A stretch of DNA of 64,000 nt from Octopus sinensis (Eukaryota): positions 120,652,001 through 120,716,000 of the forward strand of contig NC_042997.1 of assembly GCF_006345805.1 (NCBI RefSeq), in the 5' to 3' direction. Position 1 is the first letter of the stretch, and each line of letters starts with the position of its first letter. A model generated the notes under the pieces. That model searched no databases, was not told the origin of the DNA, and was given only the letters and a program-made list of their open reading frames with translations. Position numbers and translations under genes: made by a program. This document shows, piece by piece, positions 13,801-27,574 of the stretch.

Positions 13801-13958
13801 AGCTAGGAACATCGTATATACAGAAGTATTCCAGTGAAGACAAGACATTGCAACGTCCACATGCACCTTCGTTCCCTGGAGGGAAAGGACTACATTGGGA
13901 TTAGTCGTTGCCTACTAGGGGCTCTTACATACCCGGGCACGCCGGGCTATGCTGCTAG
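7830..13958 (+). mobile_element. Helitron, both termini present (6129 bp)
   Basis: 5' A|TCTCTCTATATATAAA at 7830; 3' hairpin CCCGG-GCACG-CCGGG (13932-13946) then CTAG|T (13955-13958); inserted at an A|T site; encodes Rep-helicase. Confidence 0.95.
8973..13837 (+). pseudogene. Helitron RepHel (HUH Rep plus PIF1-like SF1B helicase), multiply frameshifted in this sequence
   Basis: Stitched ORFs give MPPKKRR; C..C.A.K..GLCCSGGKVDLPPL; KYNCSFQMTSFGA; RPDLFMT; EWQKRGLPHAHILIW (HUH); HINVEFC; PGGTGKTF (Walker A); VASSGIAATLL; SGDFRQTLPVIP; LQTNMRA; FAMSINKSQGQTL; HGQLYVGCSRV. Confidence 0.95.
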
Positions 13959-14059
13959 TACCCTTTAAAATCCAGAAACAAGTAGCCAGCAAATTGTCTA
14001 CAGGGAATTGAATACATACATATATATATATATATATATTATATATACATACATACATG

Positions 14060-14124
<65 letters not shown>

Positions 14125-14134
14125 AGAATTTAAA

Positions 14135-14310
14135 AAAACAGAAGACGAAGACGGGTGTGTAAACAACAAACAGATGTATTAGTTCAACGTTAGGGAAGTG
14201 AGAAAGTCTTTTACGTTTCGAGCCGACGCTCTTCCACAGAAAGGAGCACAGAAATAAGCAGGGAGAGAAAATAAAAACAAAGGTCTAGTGGCTAGCGGTC
14301 AGGTCTGTTG
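14135..14310. repeat. Dispersed repeat resembling a Penelope pLTR remnant with a decayed hammerhead-like core
   Basis: Minus 14206-14243 reads CTGTGGA-AGAGC-GTCG-GCTC-GAAA-CGT: stem II and GAAA intact, CTGANGA altered. Confidence 0.45.
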
Positions 14311-14379
14311 GCATATTAACGAAGCTAAAGTATGTAGAGTAAAGACCTTTGGTACAGTTTGGCCTTGACTTCTGTTGTG

Positions 14380-15050
14380 CAAGCGCTCTAAGTTTTAACG
14401 CTCTAGCTTACTTGCGCCGTTTACTGAAGTGTTTGGGAGGAAGGTACGATGCGTGTGATCGTCGCATTCACCATGACAGACAATGTTGAGCAGAGAATCT
14501 GCATCAAATTTTGCGAAGAGCTTGGCGATACCAGCTCAGAAGTCTACGCAAGCATTTCAAACAGTTTTCATCTCTCCCGACTCAATCAAAGAGATGTTGT
14601 ACAAACAAAACCCGAGTGAGTTTTTGGCCAGCTGAAAGTAGGTTTTGCGCAAACTTAGCACACACGCGTTTCATACCCCAAATCGTCAGCCATGTTAGAC
14701 TGGACGGAACCGTAACTTATCGGTACATCCTCTGCAAGCTCACGGATGGCGATTCGATGATTTCCGTTCACAGCTTCGCCCATATCTGCGATGTTTTTCT
14801 CAGTTCAGCTGATTGCGTGTCTCCCAGAACGTTCGTCAATATCGATATTGTTTCGGCCATCTGGGATACGTCTGAACCACATGTACACTTGTGTGCGGAT
14901 GATATACTCCTCTCCATATCCTTTCTGCAACTTTGTGTAGGCCTCTGAATAGGTATCGCCATGGCTACTTTCTCTCTCATAGTCAATGAGACAATCACAT
15001 ACTACACACCTTCCTTTCAAGCATTGCTGAATACCTCCGTAGCGGTTGAC
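14380..15050. mobile_element. Mariner relic made of two 5' portions in inverted orientation
   Basis: Plus 14473-14552 encodes MTDNVEQRICIKFCEELGDTSSEVYA. Minus ~14550-14968 encodes GDTYSEAYTKLQKGYGEEYIIRTQVYMWFRR...DERSGR...GMKRVCAKF (mariner HTH region). The 5' UTR homology (GGAAGGT..GTGTGAT.GTC.CATT) is also present on both arms. Confidence 0.75.
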
Positions 15051-15069
15051 AATGGTGCTGCTACACCAT

Positions 15070-15850
15070 ATATTGCGTATGGAGTGGTTGGTGAGAGTTG
15101 TACAAGTCATGTACTGGCATGCTTTCCATAAACTGAGGGTTGCCAAAGAGTACAGGAAAAATTTTAGGGTACAAGTAGGTGTTCACCTCAGACCCCTCTT
15201 CTTCATCATAATCTTCCGGGCAATAACAGAGGAATTTAAGACAGACTGCCGCTATGATGATGATCTCGTCCATATAGCTGATTAAATACCAGATATATAG
15301 TAGAAGTTTCAGTCTGGAAGCTAGGTCTAGAAACGAAGGGACTTCGAGTTCACCTCGCAAAAACCAAAGTTTTAGTAGAAAGGTAGATGAAACACAAATC
15401 CATTTATGTAGATGGCCCTGGTCGATCTCTAGAAAAGGTGTATGTAAAAACTCCATAGGATGTACCCGATGTAAGCTATTAACCCATAAAAGGTGCAGCA
15501 ATATCAGAGGAAAGTTAACAGAGAAAATAGGTTTTGTGTGTGGAAAATGCACAAGTACAACAGGCAACAAAAATGCCCAAAAGATAAATCCCATCAACAG
15601 TCAGGTGTGTATGCTAGAGTTAGTAAATAATAGCTTCCGTATTCTAGTTGGCCAGTTAGTTGCGGAGGTGGATGCTCTGAGAGCTTAAGTGTGAGGATAA
15701 GAATACGATGGCAGAATTCCAGAGAGCCCCTACGTCTGATAGCAACAGTGGGCCTCTTCCTCTTCCTCAGAGTTAAAGGCAGGTATTATGATGCCTGTGT
15801 ACGGACAGCAATGCTACACGGCAATGAAACATGGGCTGTAACAGCCGAAG
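15070..15850 (+). mobile_element. RTE-clade LINE reverse transcriptase fragment with internal deletions
   Basis: EWLVRVVQVMY...FRVQVGVH...PLFFIII..AITEEFKT..(Y)DDDL, followed by RTE-like C-terminal sequence (YDACVRTAMLHG.ETWAVT). Confidence 0.85.
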
Positions 15851-15879
15851 ACACGCAGATAGATAGATAGATATAGATG

Positions 15880-16197
15880 TATCACCGTGATCACCGTGAC
15901 GGATCAGGCTATCAGATGTTGCTACACATCGCTGGTCACAGTGCGCTTTGCATTGTTTTAGCTTTCAAATGACGCCACCCCGCTGGCTAAGCGAGGAGGG
16001 CAACAGAGGAAAGAGTGAGATAAAGTTGTGGCGAAAGAGTACAGCAGGGATCAGCGCCATCCCTTGCCGGAGTCTCGTGGCACTTTATAGGTGCTTTCAC
16101 TCAATAAACACTCATAACACCCGGTTTGGGAATCGAAACCACGAGCCTACCACTACGAGTCCACTGCCTCAATCACTGGGCCATTTCGCCTCCATAC
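15880..16197 (-). mobile_element. tRNA-derived SINE (family B)
   Basis: Minus 5' end GGAGGCGAAATGGCCCAGTGATT (A-box-like) and GGTTTCGATTCCC (B-box-like); no complete cloverleaf. Confidence 0.75.
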
Positions 16198-16312
16198 ATG
16201 CATGCATGCACAGATACATGCATACATACATACATACATATGTATATATATATATGTATGTATATATATATATATTATATTATATATATATATATTATAT
16301 ATATATATATAT

Positions 16313-16345
<33 letters not shown>

Positions 16346-18139
16346 CACACGGCTGAATGGACAACGAAAGATACATATTTAAACGGCTTGATTCGGCTCC
16401 AATGCGATACTTGAAGTTGCATGGGTACCGAATTAAGTATGTGTGTATGTGTTTATGACATATTATGGCGTATGCATGCATATTTACATAAATGCATTCC
16501 TATTGGTCACTTGTGTGGTAGTGTGAAGCAAAATGTTTTTATCATGAGCTATAACTACTTATTTGCTTATATAAAGTGATATATAGTTTTGTGCGTTAAA
16601 CGTAAAATATTGAGACGTTTCCAAACTCTTTATTCATATCTTTGGAATTATATTCAATCAATTCGTACATTGTTTTGTTGTTTGATGTGTACATCTGAAA
16701 AGAAACGATCAGTAAATTAGACAGATTTAAGAAGATTAATCCGTGTTAATATATAATCTGAGAAATATGGTATCCCGAGACTCAATATTTCTCAAATACT
16801 GAATCGGAACACCGTATTTCTTGAGACTAGAAGATTTACCTCACGGACGTTTGTATTGTATCTCAGCACATTAATAAGAAAGCGTATTTTCTTATGTCGT
16901 AATCTCTGAAGATTAAGAATATAAGTAAGCGAGATATTAAAACTTACTATTTATGGGTTTTTCAGACGTAGGAGCTTGCATTGAAAGTAGTAATTTACAG
17001 AGTCGGATATCGACTAAAATCGATTAAATTGTACACAAATATCTTTCTATTAACGTCAGGTATTTAAACGAAACAATAAACACTTTCTGGATAAGTATAT
17101 TACTACGGATTTTGTAATCCTCACAATATAATAGATACTGTTAAACTCGCTCGAAAGTAGACATATGATGATTTCAACAAATTGACAATTAATATTTCCT
17201 TTGTAGACGATGTTAACCATATATCTAGGATTATATGCATGACCTATTGTAAGCTGTGTTGTCAAAGAGATGTGGCTCAGGCGTTCTTGTCTACGCCCCC
17301 TAAGCCACTAATCTTGTCCCTTATTTTGCAATGCCGAACACGACTTGTAGTATTGCAGTTGTAGGTCTTACTCTCAGAACAAACACATACACTCAGACGC
17401 GCACACACACCCACAGGCTCACACACCATACATTTAATACATTATATTGACAGGCATCCTATCTAACGTTGTAGCACTTTCATAAATCTACTGCTCAAGA
17501 TCGGATTTTCTTTTTATCCAATACGAAATGATGGAATGAAAAACTGAAATTAGTATCATGTTAAATCAGGGTACGGGAAGTTGCAACAATTACAGTGAGC
17601 AATTTTAACGTTTAAGTGAATTACTAAATCATGCACTTTTTGAAGAATTTACGAATTCATGATATGGACACGCGACCATTTGACATCAATACTAGTGAGA
17701 TAGTTTTGGCGTATATTTCTGAAATTAGCGCACAGACACCTTTCTCTGATCTTGTACTTTTCACATCTCCACTCAGCCACTAAACACTCTCAAACTACTA
17801 TTATTCTCGAGCGGAAAAATATCAACATTGACAGGTCGTTCTTCTCATTTAAGGCATCTCGATTTATCCCTTGCTCATGATTTTCCTGTTCAGAAGCAAC
17901 ATTAGATGCATAGCACATCTTTGCAAAGTAACTGCAAATCTTATGGAGACAGAACAGTATTTACGCCAATATAGAAATATAAATATTTCCAAATGTAGAC
18001 TCTTATAGAGTAATACATAACACTGTATTTACGACTGAGTTGAAAGTTCGGTTAGATATGTTCTGCACTTCCGGAAAATAGGTAACTTTCTCAAAGTTTG
18101 AAAGGTGCAGTGACATTGTATATATATGTATATATATAT

Positions 18140-18236
<97 letters not shown>

Positions 18237-18238
<2 letters not shown>

Positions 18239-18636
18239 CGCAGGAGTGGCTGTGTGGTAAGTAGCATGTTTACCAACCACATGGTTCCGTGTTCAGTGAC
18301 ACTGCGTGGCACCTTGGACAACTGTCTTCTACTATACCCTCGGGCCGACCAAAGCCTTGTGAGAGGATTTGGTAGACGGAAACTGAAAGAAGCCCTTCGT
18401 ATATATGTATATATATATATATGTGTGTGTGTGTGTTTGTGTGTCTGTGTTTGTCCCCCTAGCATTGCTTGACAACCGATGCTGGTGTGTTTATGTCCCC
18501 GTTACTTAGCGGTTCGGCAAAAGTGATCGATAGAATAAGTACTGGGATTACAAAAGAATAAGTCCTGAGGTCAAGTTGCTCGATAAAGGCGGTGCTCCAG
18601 CATGGCTGCAGTCAAATGATTGAAACAAGTAAAAAA

Positions 18637-18640
<4 letters not shown>
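18237..18640 (+). mobile_element. SINE family A, full length, tandem copy 1
   Basis: GGCGCAGGAGTGGCTGTGTGGTAAG head, CCTTGG.CAA.TGTCTTCTACT block, central microsatellite, tail GGCGGTGCTCCAGCATGGCTGCAGTCAAATGATTGAAAC. Confidence 0.92.
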
Positions 18641-18671
<31 letters not shown>

Positions 18672-18704
18672 TATGTATATATATACATACATACATATAT
18701 ATAT

Positions 18705-18764
<60 letters not shown>

Positions 18765-18773
18765 CCTATATAC

Positions 18774-18841
<68 letters not shown>

Positions 18842-18863
18842 TATATATTATATATATATATAT

Positions 18864-18922
<59 letters not shown>

Positions 18923-18923
18923 A

Positions 18924-18968
<45 letters not shown>

Positions 18969-18970
<2 letters not shown>

Positions 18971-19366
18971 CGCAGGAGTGGCTGTGTGGTAAGTAGCATG
19001 TTTACCAACCACATGGTTCCGTGTTCAGTGACACTGCGTGGCACCTTGGACAACTGTCTTCTACTATACCCTCGGGCCGACCAAAGCCTTGTGAGAGGAT
19101 TTGGTAGACGGAAACTGAAAGAAGCCCTTCGTATATATGTATATATATATATATGTGTGTGTGTGTTTGTGTGTCTGTGTTTGTCCCCCTAGCATTGCTT
19201 GACAACCGATGCTGGTGTGTTTATGTCCCCGTTACTTAGCGGTTCGGCAAAAGTGATCGATAGAATAAGTACTGGGATTACAAAAGAATAAGTCCTGAGG
19301 TCAAGTTGCTCGATAAAGGCGGTGCTCCAGCATGGCTGCAGTCAAATGATTGAAACAAGTAAAAAA

Positions 19367-19372
<6 letters not shown>
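18969..19372 (+). mobile_element. SINE family A, full length, tandem copy 2
   Basis: Identical by eye to copy 1, offset by 732 bp. Confidence 0.92.
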
Positions 19373-19401
<29 letters not shown>

Positions 19402-19434
19402 TATGTATATATATACATACATACATATATATAT

Positions 19435-19492
<58 letters not shown>

Positions 19493-19501
19493 CCTATATA
19501 C

Positions 19502-19601
<100 letters not shown>

Positions 19602-21239
19602 TATATATATTATATATATATATATGCTTGTTGTTTGGTAAATTTTCTTTAAATGCGAGTCCCTAAAAATGGTAGGTGCTTTTTAATCTAATATTTTGAA
19701 ATATGTTCTGTTTGTCAATTTACGAAAGGCATTGTTAAAATATTATATACACGTCTTTGACATCGGTACGCCGCCGAACTTTCGATTTTGTATTTCCATA
19801 GTCATTCTGACCTCTATTCTTGCATAACAAGTAATACTGTTCACATAATTTTCACGCTAGATAACTTCGAAAGAATACTGACCACTATAAACACAGATAG
19901 AAAGAGAGACAAAAAGTCGAGCAGTAAAATAAAGAGATGAAATAGAAGTAGAAGTGATAAAAAAAGTTCTCTAAAAGGTAATATATTTGCAAGTGAATAA
20001 TCGAAACGTGCAGAAATACAAGCCATTGTTCTAGGTTTCTTTGTAGCTTTAATGGCGTGACTTTAAACCTCTGTCTAGAATTGCAGATACAAAGAACTAT
20101 AGCCATACTTATTGTGGAAACAATGCCTTTTATGCTAGATTTACAAATACTTGAAAGCCTTTTTCGCTATGAAAACACACAATATTCCTTTGTATTTTTT
20201 ATCAACTTTTAATCCTTTATCAGTGTTGTAAGAAACGGACATAAAGGAAAGAATATAACCCTTAATGTTGCATCGCAAGTTAAGTATTAAGCTGTAATTT
20301 TCAGAGACCTTATAACTGTGTGGCATGAGAGACTCTCTTCACTCACTGCTATGTATCTCTATTTTCAGCTCTCGTATGACAAACTTATGATCACACACAT
20401 TCCAGCCTGGATCATCTATTTTCCTTGAAGTAAAGTAAATATATTTTTTCTGTTTTGACATTCACTAACATATAATCTTATGAGAACATGGTTGTAATTT
20501 CTAGGAGGGAGTATCAACAACAGTTTTAGAAATCTTATGAATTAGTTGCTTTTGCTATGAATAAATTTTAACTAACCAGAATGGAAATGCTATCAAAAGA
20601 ATGGCAACCAAGTAGTTAAATATTTCATATTTCGAACGCATTAATCTCTATGCAGGAGTGACAACAAACTGCGGTTGATAAAATATACCTCTGATAACAG
20701 TATGTTTAATGGATATTTCACAGCAAATCGAAAATTGTGTTAAATATTTTGAACTGATACACACATTGACCAAACGATATTCTATGTAAAAGTGCAAAAG
20801 AATCCCTACAGACATACATATAATATACACGCACAGATTTGTGTACATGTGTGTATACATATATGCACGTATACTTACATATACTAGATAATGAGCAAAG
20901 CTGAAGAATAAAACAAGACTTGATGGAGAAGTTTTGGATAAAAGTGTTCTTAGTAGAATGCTTGAAAGGAAAGGAAACGAAAGTCATTAGGGGTTCGGAA
21001 GCTAGTCCTCCTCCAGCAGAAGAAGACAAAAGAGAAAGGGGAAACAGGGAAATAGGAATAAAGTTAGTGTGAAAGAAAAATGACTTAGGGCCAGATGAGA
21101 ATTGTTGTTCTATCGGAAGGACTTGGGAAGCGGGAATGGCCAATGCGGTGTGTGCGTCATACACAAGAGGGTATCCGTTTTATAGAGATGGGCCAACTTC
21201 CGCACTCCCTTTCACTTTCTTCCTTTCAGTGTATCTTGA

Positions 21240-21420
21240 TGTCTCTTTCTCTCTCTCTCTCTTTCCTCTCTCTCTCCATCTATCTTCCCTCTCTCTTCCT
21301 CTTCTTTTTCCCCTATCTCTCCCTCTATCTCCCCTCTCTCTTCCTCCTCTTTTTCCCTATCTCTCCCTCTACCTCCCCCTCCATTTTCCCCTCGCTCTTC
21401 CTCCTCTCCCCCCTCACTCT
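21240..21420. repeat. CT-rich low-complexity tract
   Basis: Degenerate (CT)n/(CTT)n polypyrimidine stretch. Confidence 0.9.
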
Positions 21421-22007
21421 TTCTGCTATACTTTCCTGTCTCTTTTCCAAGTCACCTCCTGCTAATGCACAAAACTACTTTCCCTCAACTATTTTACCTC
21501 ACGAGTGTCGCATGACCACACAAGCCCGTTAGATCTTTCTCATCAAGAAGCACCTGACAAGCAGTCTATTTTCTAATTTCATTCTACGCTAGTATTTTCC
21601 ATGTATATCTGAAGTCGAAAACCCCACTTCCAAATACACCGCATTTGTTTGTTTTTGTTTTTCCTATCAGCATTTTCTCATTGTCATCTCTGTTTTCAAT
21701 CGAATGATTTCTTTCATGTCTCGTGTATTTTCAGCCTCAAGATTAATCTTCCTTTGTTTTGTGAGAACCCTGGCATTTCCAGCTGACGGACACCAAGATA
21801 TTTTCAAGTGCCGAAATCAGGAGTTCTAGAACAAAAGTAAATCGTGTTCTCCGTGTCTATAGTTTGTCTTTTCCGTTCCTTGTTGAACACGTTTCACACC
21901 ATTATTTTCACTTAAACACACACACAAACATGCACACACATATTCACACATGCGCATACACACACGCACACACAGGCACACATACATATAAATACATATA
22001 TATCTTA

Positions 22008-22745
22008 GTAGGAGTAAGGCGGCGAGGTAGCAGAAATATTAGCGCGCCGGGCGAAATGGCCAGCAGTATTTCATTTGTCGCTACGTTCTGAGTTCAAATT
22101 CCGCCCAGGTCCACTTTACCTTTCATCCTTTCGGGGTCGATAACTTAAGTACCTGTTACGCACTGAGGTCGATATATTCCACTGCATCCGTTTGTCTGTC
22201 CTTATTTGTCCCCTCTGTGTGTAACCCCTTGTGGGCAGTAAAAAAATGGGTATTTCGTTTGCCGTTACGTTCTGAGTTGAAACTCCGCCGAAGTCGACTT
22301 TGCCTTTCATCATTTCGGGGTCGATAGATTAAGTACCAGTTACGCACTAAATAATCGACAATCTGTTTAACCCCATGTGGATAGTAAAGAAATAGGTTTT
22401 TCGTCTGCCGTTACGTTCTAAGTTCAAATTGTGCCGAGGTCGACATTGCCTTTCATCCTTTCGGGGTCGATAGATTAAGTACCTGTGACGCACTGAGGTC
22501 GATGTAATCGACTTAATTCCTTTGTCTGTTCTTGTTTGTCCCCTCTATGCTTAGTCCCTTGTGGGTAATAAAGAAATAGGTATTTCGTCTGTCTGTACGT
22601 TCTGAGTTCAAATCCCGCCGAAGTCATCTTTGCCTCTAATTCTTTCGCGGTCGATGAATTAAGTACCAGTTACGTACTGAGGTCGATCTAATCGATAGCA
22701 TCTCCCCACCCCAAAAAAGATTGCGGGTCTTTTATCAAGAGTTGT
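22008..22745 (+). mobile_element. tRNA-derived SINE (family C) with four tandem body units
   Basis: One head (AAGGCGGCGAGGTAGCAGAAAT...), then four repeats of TATTTCGTC.GCCGTTACGTTCTGAGTTCAAA...GCCTTTCATCCTTTCGGGGTCGATA.ATTAAGTACC, starting near 22065, 22250, 22395 and 22580. Confidence 0.85.
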
Positions 22746-23182
22746 AAAGTATATCTTAGTATGCGTGTATAGGGAGCTGGGTAGATTTTCGTGTGACTGC
22801 GAGTGTATAGACATAGAAAGAACAAGAACGTTATATGCCTTAGTAACGAGGAAATAAGAGGCACTGGAATTCAAAAAGTGTAAGTCTTCCTTTGATTTTA
22901 TCAAAAAAAATAAAACCCACTTAATTTTTCACTGACTGAATTCGATTTTCGTGAGTAAGATATATTACAATAAACTTGTCATGAAAAGCCTACTAATACA
23001 TTTGGCATGTTGCATGATGGAATATTCTGCAAAATTCTCAAATAACTTTAATGTCAGATGATGGTATTACATAAGTTTGTAATCACATAAATATGGTTGA
23101 TTGATAGAAGTGTACACACACACACTCTCACACGCGAAGAAGATCTTACGCATTTTGCTCTTTATATATGTGTACACACACG

Positions 23183-23250
<68 letters not shown>

Positions 23251-24173
23251 GAGTGTGTGTTTATGTGTTGTGAGCGTTGTGTGTACTTATGTACGGGCTT
23301 GTCTATGTGTGTGTGTTCTTGAAGGAGGAAGAGAGAAGAGAGTTGAAACTAAAAGAGAAAAAATGTAAATGGAGAGATGTTTTAAAAAATGGGGTAAATA
23401 GGCGTGCGTATTTATGAATGTATATCTCAGGCACTTAACATGTCACATAATAGGATGAAGTTGATGTAGTGAGAAATATATGTGAATCTTAATGCTTAGT
23501 GGTAGGAACACACTCATGCACAATCCCATACACAGTTAACACAAACATTATATATTTATGTGTATGTACATTTATTATATAATACAAATATTATATATGT
23601 GCATACACAAATGTATACATGTGTACGTCTTTATATAATATACATTCACATATTACATATACGTGTGTATTATAGAATATGTAATATACTTAAAATATCA
23701 GCGTATTTATGTGTGTTGTCTATGCCTTCACACGTGTATGACACTAAGCAATAATACAAACATCTACATCTCACTATACCATCTTCATCCTATTCTATCA
23801 CATATTAAAAGCCTAAAATATACGCATATAGAGAAACGCCAATTTTTACATATTAGCAAAATTCTCTCTTTTTTCTCCATTTGTTTCCTTTTTCTTATGT
23901 TTTCCTATTTCCTGTATCATACATGATTCAATCTTACAGATAGCTATGATGTTCAAAACACAGATGCATATATGAGTTGGGGTCTATATATCTATGCGTG
24001 TTCGAGTGTGTAACCGCGTGATCATCTGCATACACGCATATATAAGTGTAAGAGGGTACGTGTGTTCTTTGCATTTCCAGGTATAGACAACGTATTGTGT
24101 ACAAGGATACATGGTTGTATAATCACACACACAGGTATATTCCTATATACATACATGCGTATACGTATGTATG

Positions 24174-24209
<36 letters not shown>

Positions 24210-24531
24210 ATATAAAGACACATATAATATGTACTAATTCGGGATTGTTCATGAATCATACTAACTTTCTTATCTATCGACCCCATTGATTCTAATACGG
24301 ACATTCGGACCTCTCAAGTACATCTATGTATTCATATGCATGTGTTTATATATTTATAAATTTTCGTATGTTTATATGTATTTATAAATTGTTATACATT
24401 TTTATTACGTCTCATATATATAAACACATCTATGAATACTGTATATTGGTGAGTCCTTCGATAATTTGAAATGGACTGAATAAATATATAAACCGACCTC
24501 TGAAATTTGCTTCCCTCCTTCTAAATTTCAT

Positions 24532-24606
<75 letters not shown>

Positions 24607-26126
24607 GTATGCTATCCATGCAATATTGAAAATCACTGCCAGTATCAATTTGAAGAAATATCTTATTTGTGTTTACACTGAAATTCAGTGACATAAGTAC
24701 ACATTCACAAACATTGCTGTATGTGATAATATGTGTGTAAGTAACAATGTATTTGTGCACGTGTGTGTGTAAAGTCGAATTATTATATATTAGATTATAT
24801 CAATTATAAAAGCGTATTTTTTTGTGAAATTGTCTTCACTTCTAGTGGGAAATAGAGAAATGCGCTCAGACCTAAATGAGGTGCGTTAATATGAAGAATT
24901 TAGAATTCTCCGTAATTGTCATACCTTGATCAAAAAGAAGTTTTATTCATCGGCGAGCAAAATGAGAGCTATCCAACAAGGTACTGTCGAAATAGGCGTC
25001 GTTAACCCAACGTTTACTTTACGTTGAAAACTACCGACGGATTAGAAACCTTTTGAGCCCCATAATAATGTATATAACTAAAATAAAAGAGAGGAATGAA
25101 GGGTTATATAGCCCATGTCATATAATACTTTATAGATAAATATTGCTGTATCAAATATTATTTTTGGTTTGAGTTATTTCAATAAAATTTTCTTGATCAA
25201 GAACTCATCTTCTATTTTATTGATCAATGCCAGAATGTACTATGATATATTTTGCTCGTAACTTTGAAAACAAATGCAGAAATTAATTAGCCAGTTGAAG
25301 TTTCAAAATATATTTGGTGGTTGAGTTATAAACGAAAAAGAAAATATATGACACAGAAAATCCCTATCGAACAACTTCTTAATTAATTCATTTGGTTTTT
25401 TGTAGGATGAAATGCTACGAAACCACTTTAATGGACAGCGACACTTTAGCAAGCATCCTAGGTTCAGCAAGCGAAATGAAAGAACATTTCAAGTCAAGCT
25501 AGAAAACACATGTTAAGCTACATGTTTAACTTTAAAAATACTCGTCTCTCAACTACTTAAAAGCTAACTTCAGCGTCATGAAATGTGGTTTATTCAATTT
25601 TTCCAATATTACATCCAAAACAACTTACAATTTGTTGTATGATTGTAAGGCAAGTATAACTTGATTAATCACCAAAGACCTTAAAACAAGACATGTTTCT
25701 CTTGCATGAACAGATTTTTAGCTACTACCTGTTTATCTCTAAACCAAATTCCTTAAATCTTTACAATATTCATAAACCAATATTCAAAACGAACCCACAG
25801 AATTTAATGGTATTCCTGAACGCAAGAAAATAAATTCATCTTCAAGACAATTTCAGCTAAGCCATTTGACGTGAGCAAACGTTTGAATAATTCTACCAAA
25901 TATGGCGATCCTGTGGTTTCCATACCATACAGATTTAATGCAAGCAATTTTCTTTGCTTCAAACTGTTTGTAAATGGACGAAGATTGACGTCTAGATAAA
26001 CACGTCAACCTATCTTTAAATATAATTTAGTGTCAAGGTAAACACATGCGTATTAAAGGAACAGAAGAACCTATATTTTACCATATGTAAGTATGTATTC
26101 AATCACACACACATATAAATGTATAA

Positions 26127-26174
<48 letters not shown>

Positions 26175-26336
26175 ATGTATGTATATGTATGCATGTGTGT
26201 GCATGTATACATATATGCATATATATGTGTTTGTATATCAATATATATGTATATATATTTATACATATATACATATATATTGATATACACGCAAACACGT
26301 ATGTATATGAATATATTCATATATACTTATATATTC

Positions 26337-26401
<65 letters not shown>

Positions 26402-27251
26402 ATATAGATATATATATATATATATATAGATATATACATATAGTTTGTAAATGTTCCGAAATTATATGTAACCTTTTCAAAGGCATTACTCACATCTATG
26501 AAAGGCATTTCATCTGTGCCCTCTTAAATCATAGGAGGTCTTATGCCTCAAATTAGAAATATTAATGAAATACCATCATGGTTATTCCTCGCTGATACTG
26601 GACTTTAGAAATCTTTACTTACATATATCGAAATATGAATATTTCGGTGATGGCTATCTATGCAATTATCTATGAATAAACATATCGCTGACTCTATCTA
26701 ACCATCTATCTGTCACCCTCGCGCTACATTCAGACATATACACACGCATGAATACACGAGCACAATTATGCAAGCATTCATATACGGACATGTATGTCTG
26801 TCTCTGAATATGCATTTTTTGTTAGTCTGAATATAATCTATATTACACAACAATAGATAAACATGAGATGTATGAGATGCACATATACAAAAACAATGCG
26901 TATGTACAAAAGTTAAGTTACATGATTTAACATGTATGGTTAGAAAATTTCGCTAAGTGCATCCACCAATGCATCGATCATTATCACGACCAGAACAATG
27001 GCGTTTTTGAAAACTGTTGCTGGAAGTCATACTCGAATGTACACAATAGTGAATTAGATTTTCCAGTTGGTTTATTTAGAAAGATCAAAGCCAAAGAAAA
27101 CAATTAATCACTTATATTTACTCGAGTATATCTTGCTGTTTGTGCAGGTATTTGTGCAAGAATATTCAGGCAATAACTTATATGAATCATTTTCAAAATA
27201 TATAAAAATCAATAAATAAACCTACATACATATGTATACATGTATATAGAA

Positions 27252-27330
<79 letters not shown>

Positions 27331-27574
27331 CTATATACATATATACATATATATATAATATATATAAAACAAAAACAACTATGTACGAAGAACATTATAT
27401 ATTTCTTTTAGATCACAACTTAAAAATCCAACAATTGTTTCAATTCCCTTAAAATATGTACACACACACATACTTACATACATACATACATACATACACA
27501 TACATACATACATACATACATACACATACATACATACATACATAACTATATATATATTTAATCCAAACATGAAC

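Noticed and set aside
8900-13900. GC-elevated island suggesting bacterial contamination or horizontal transfer
   Set aside because: Fully explained as the Helitron RepHel, bounded by canonical Helitron termini in host-like DNA.
20879-21001. Minus-strand 123-nt exon candidate (CTAAC, pyrimidine tract, GTAAGT donor)
   Set aside because: Requires skipping two nearer AGs, the peptide is unrecognisable, and no partner exons were found.
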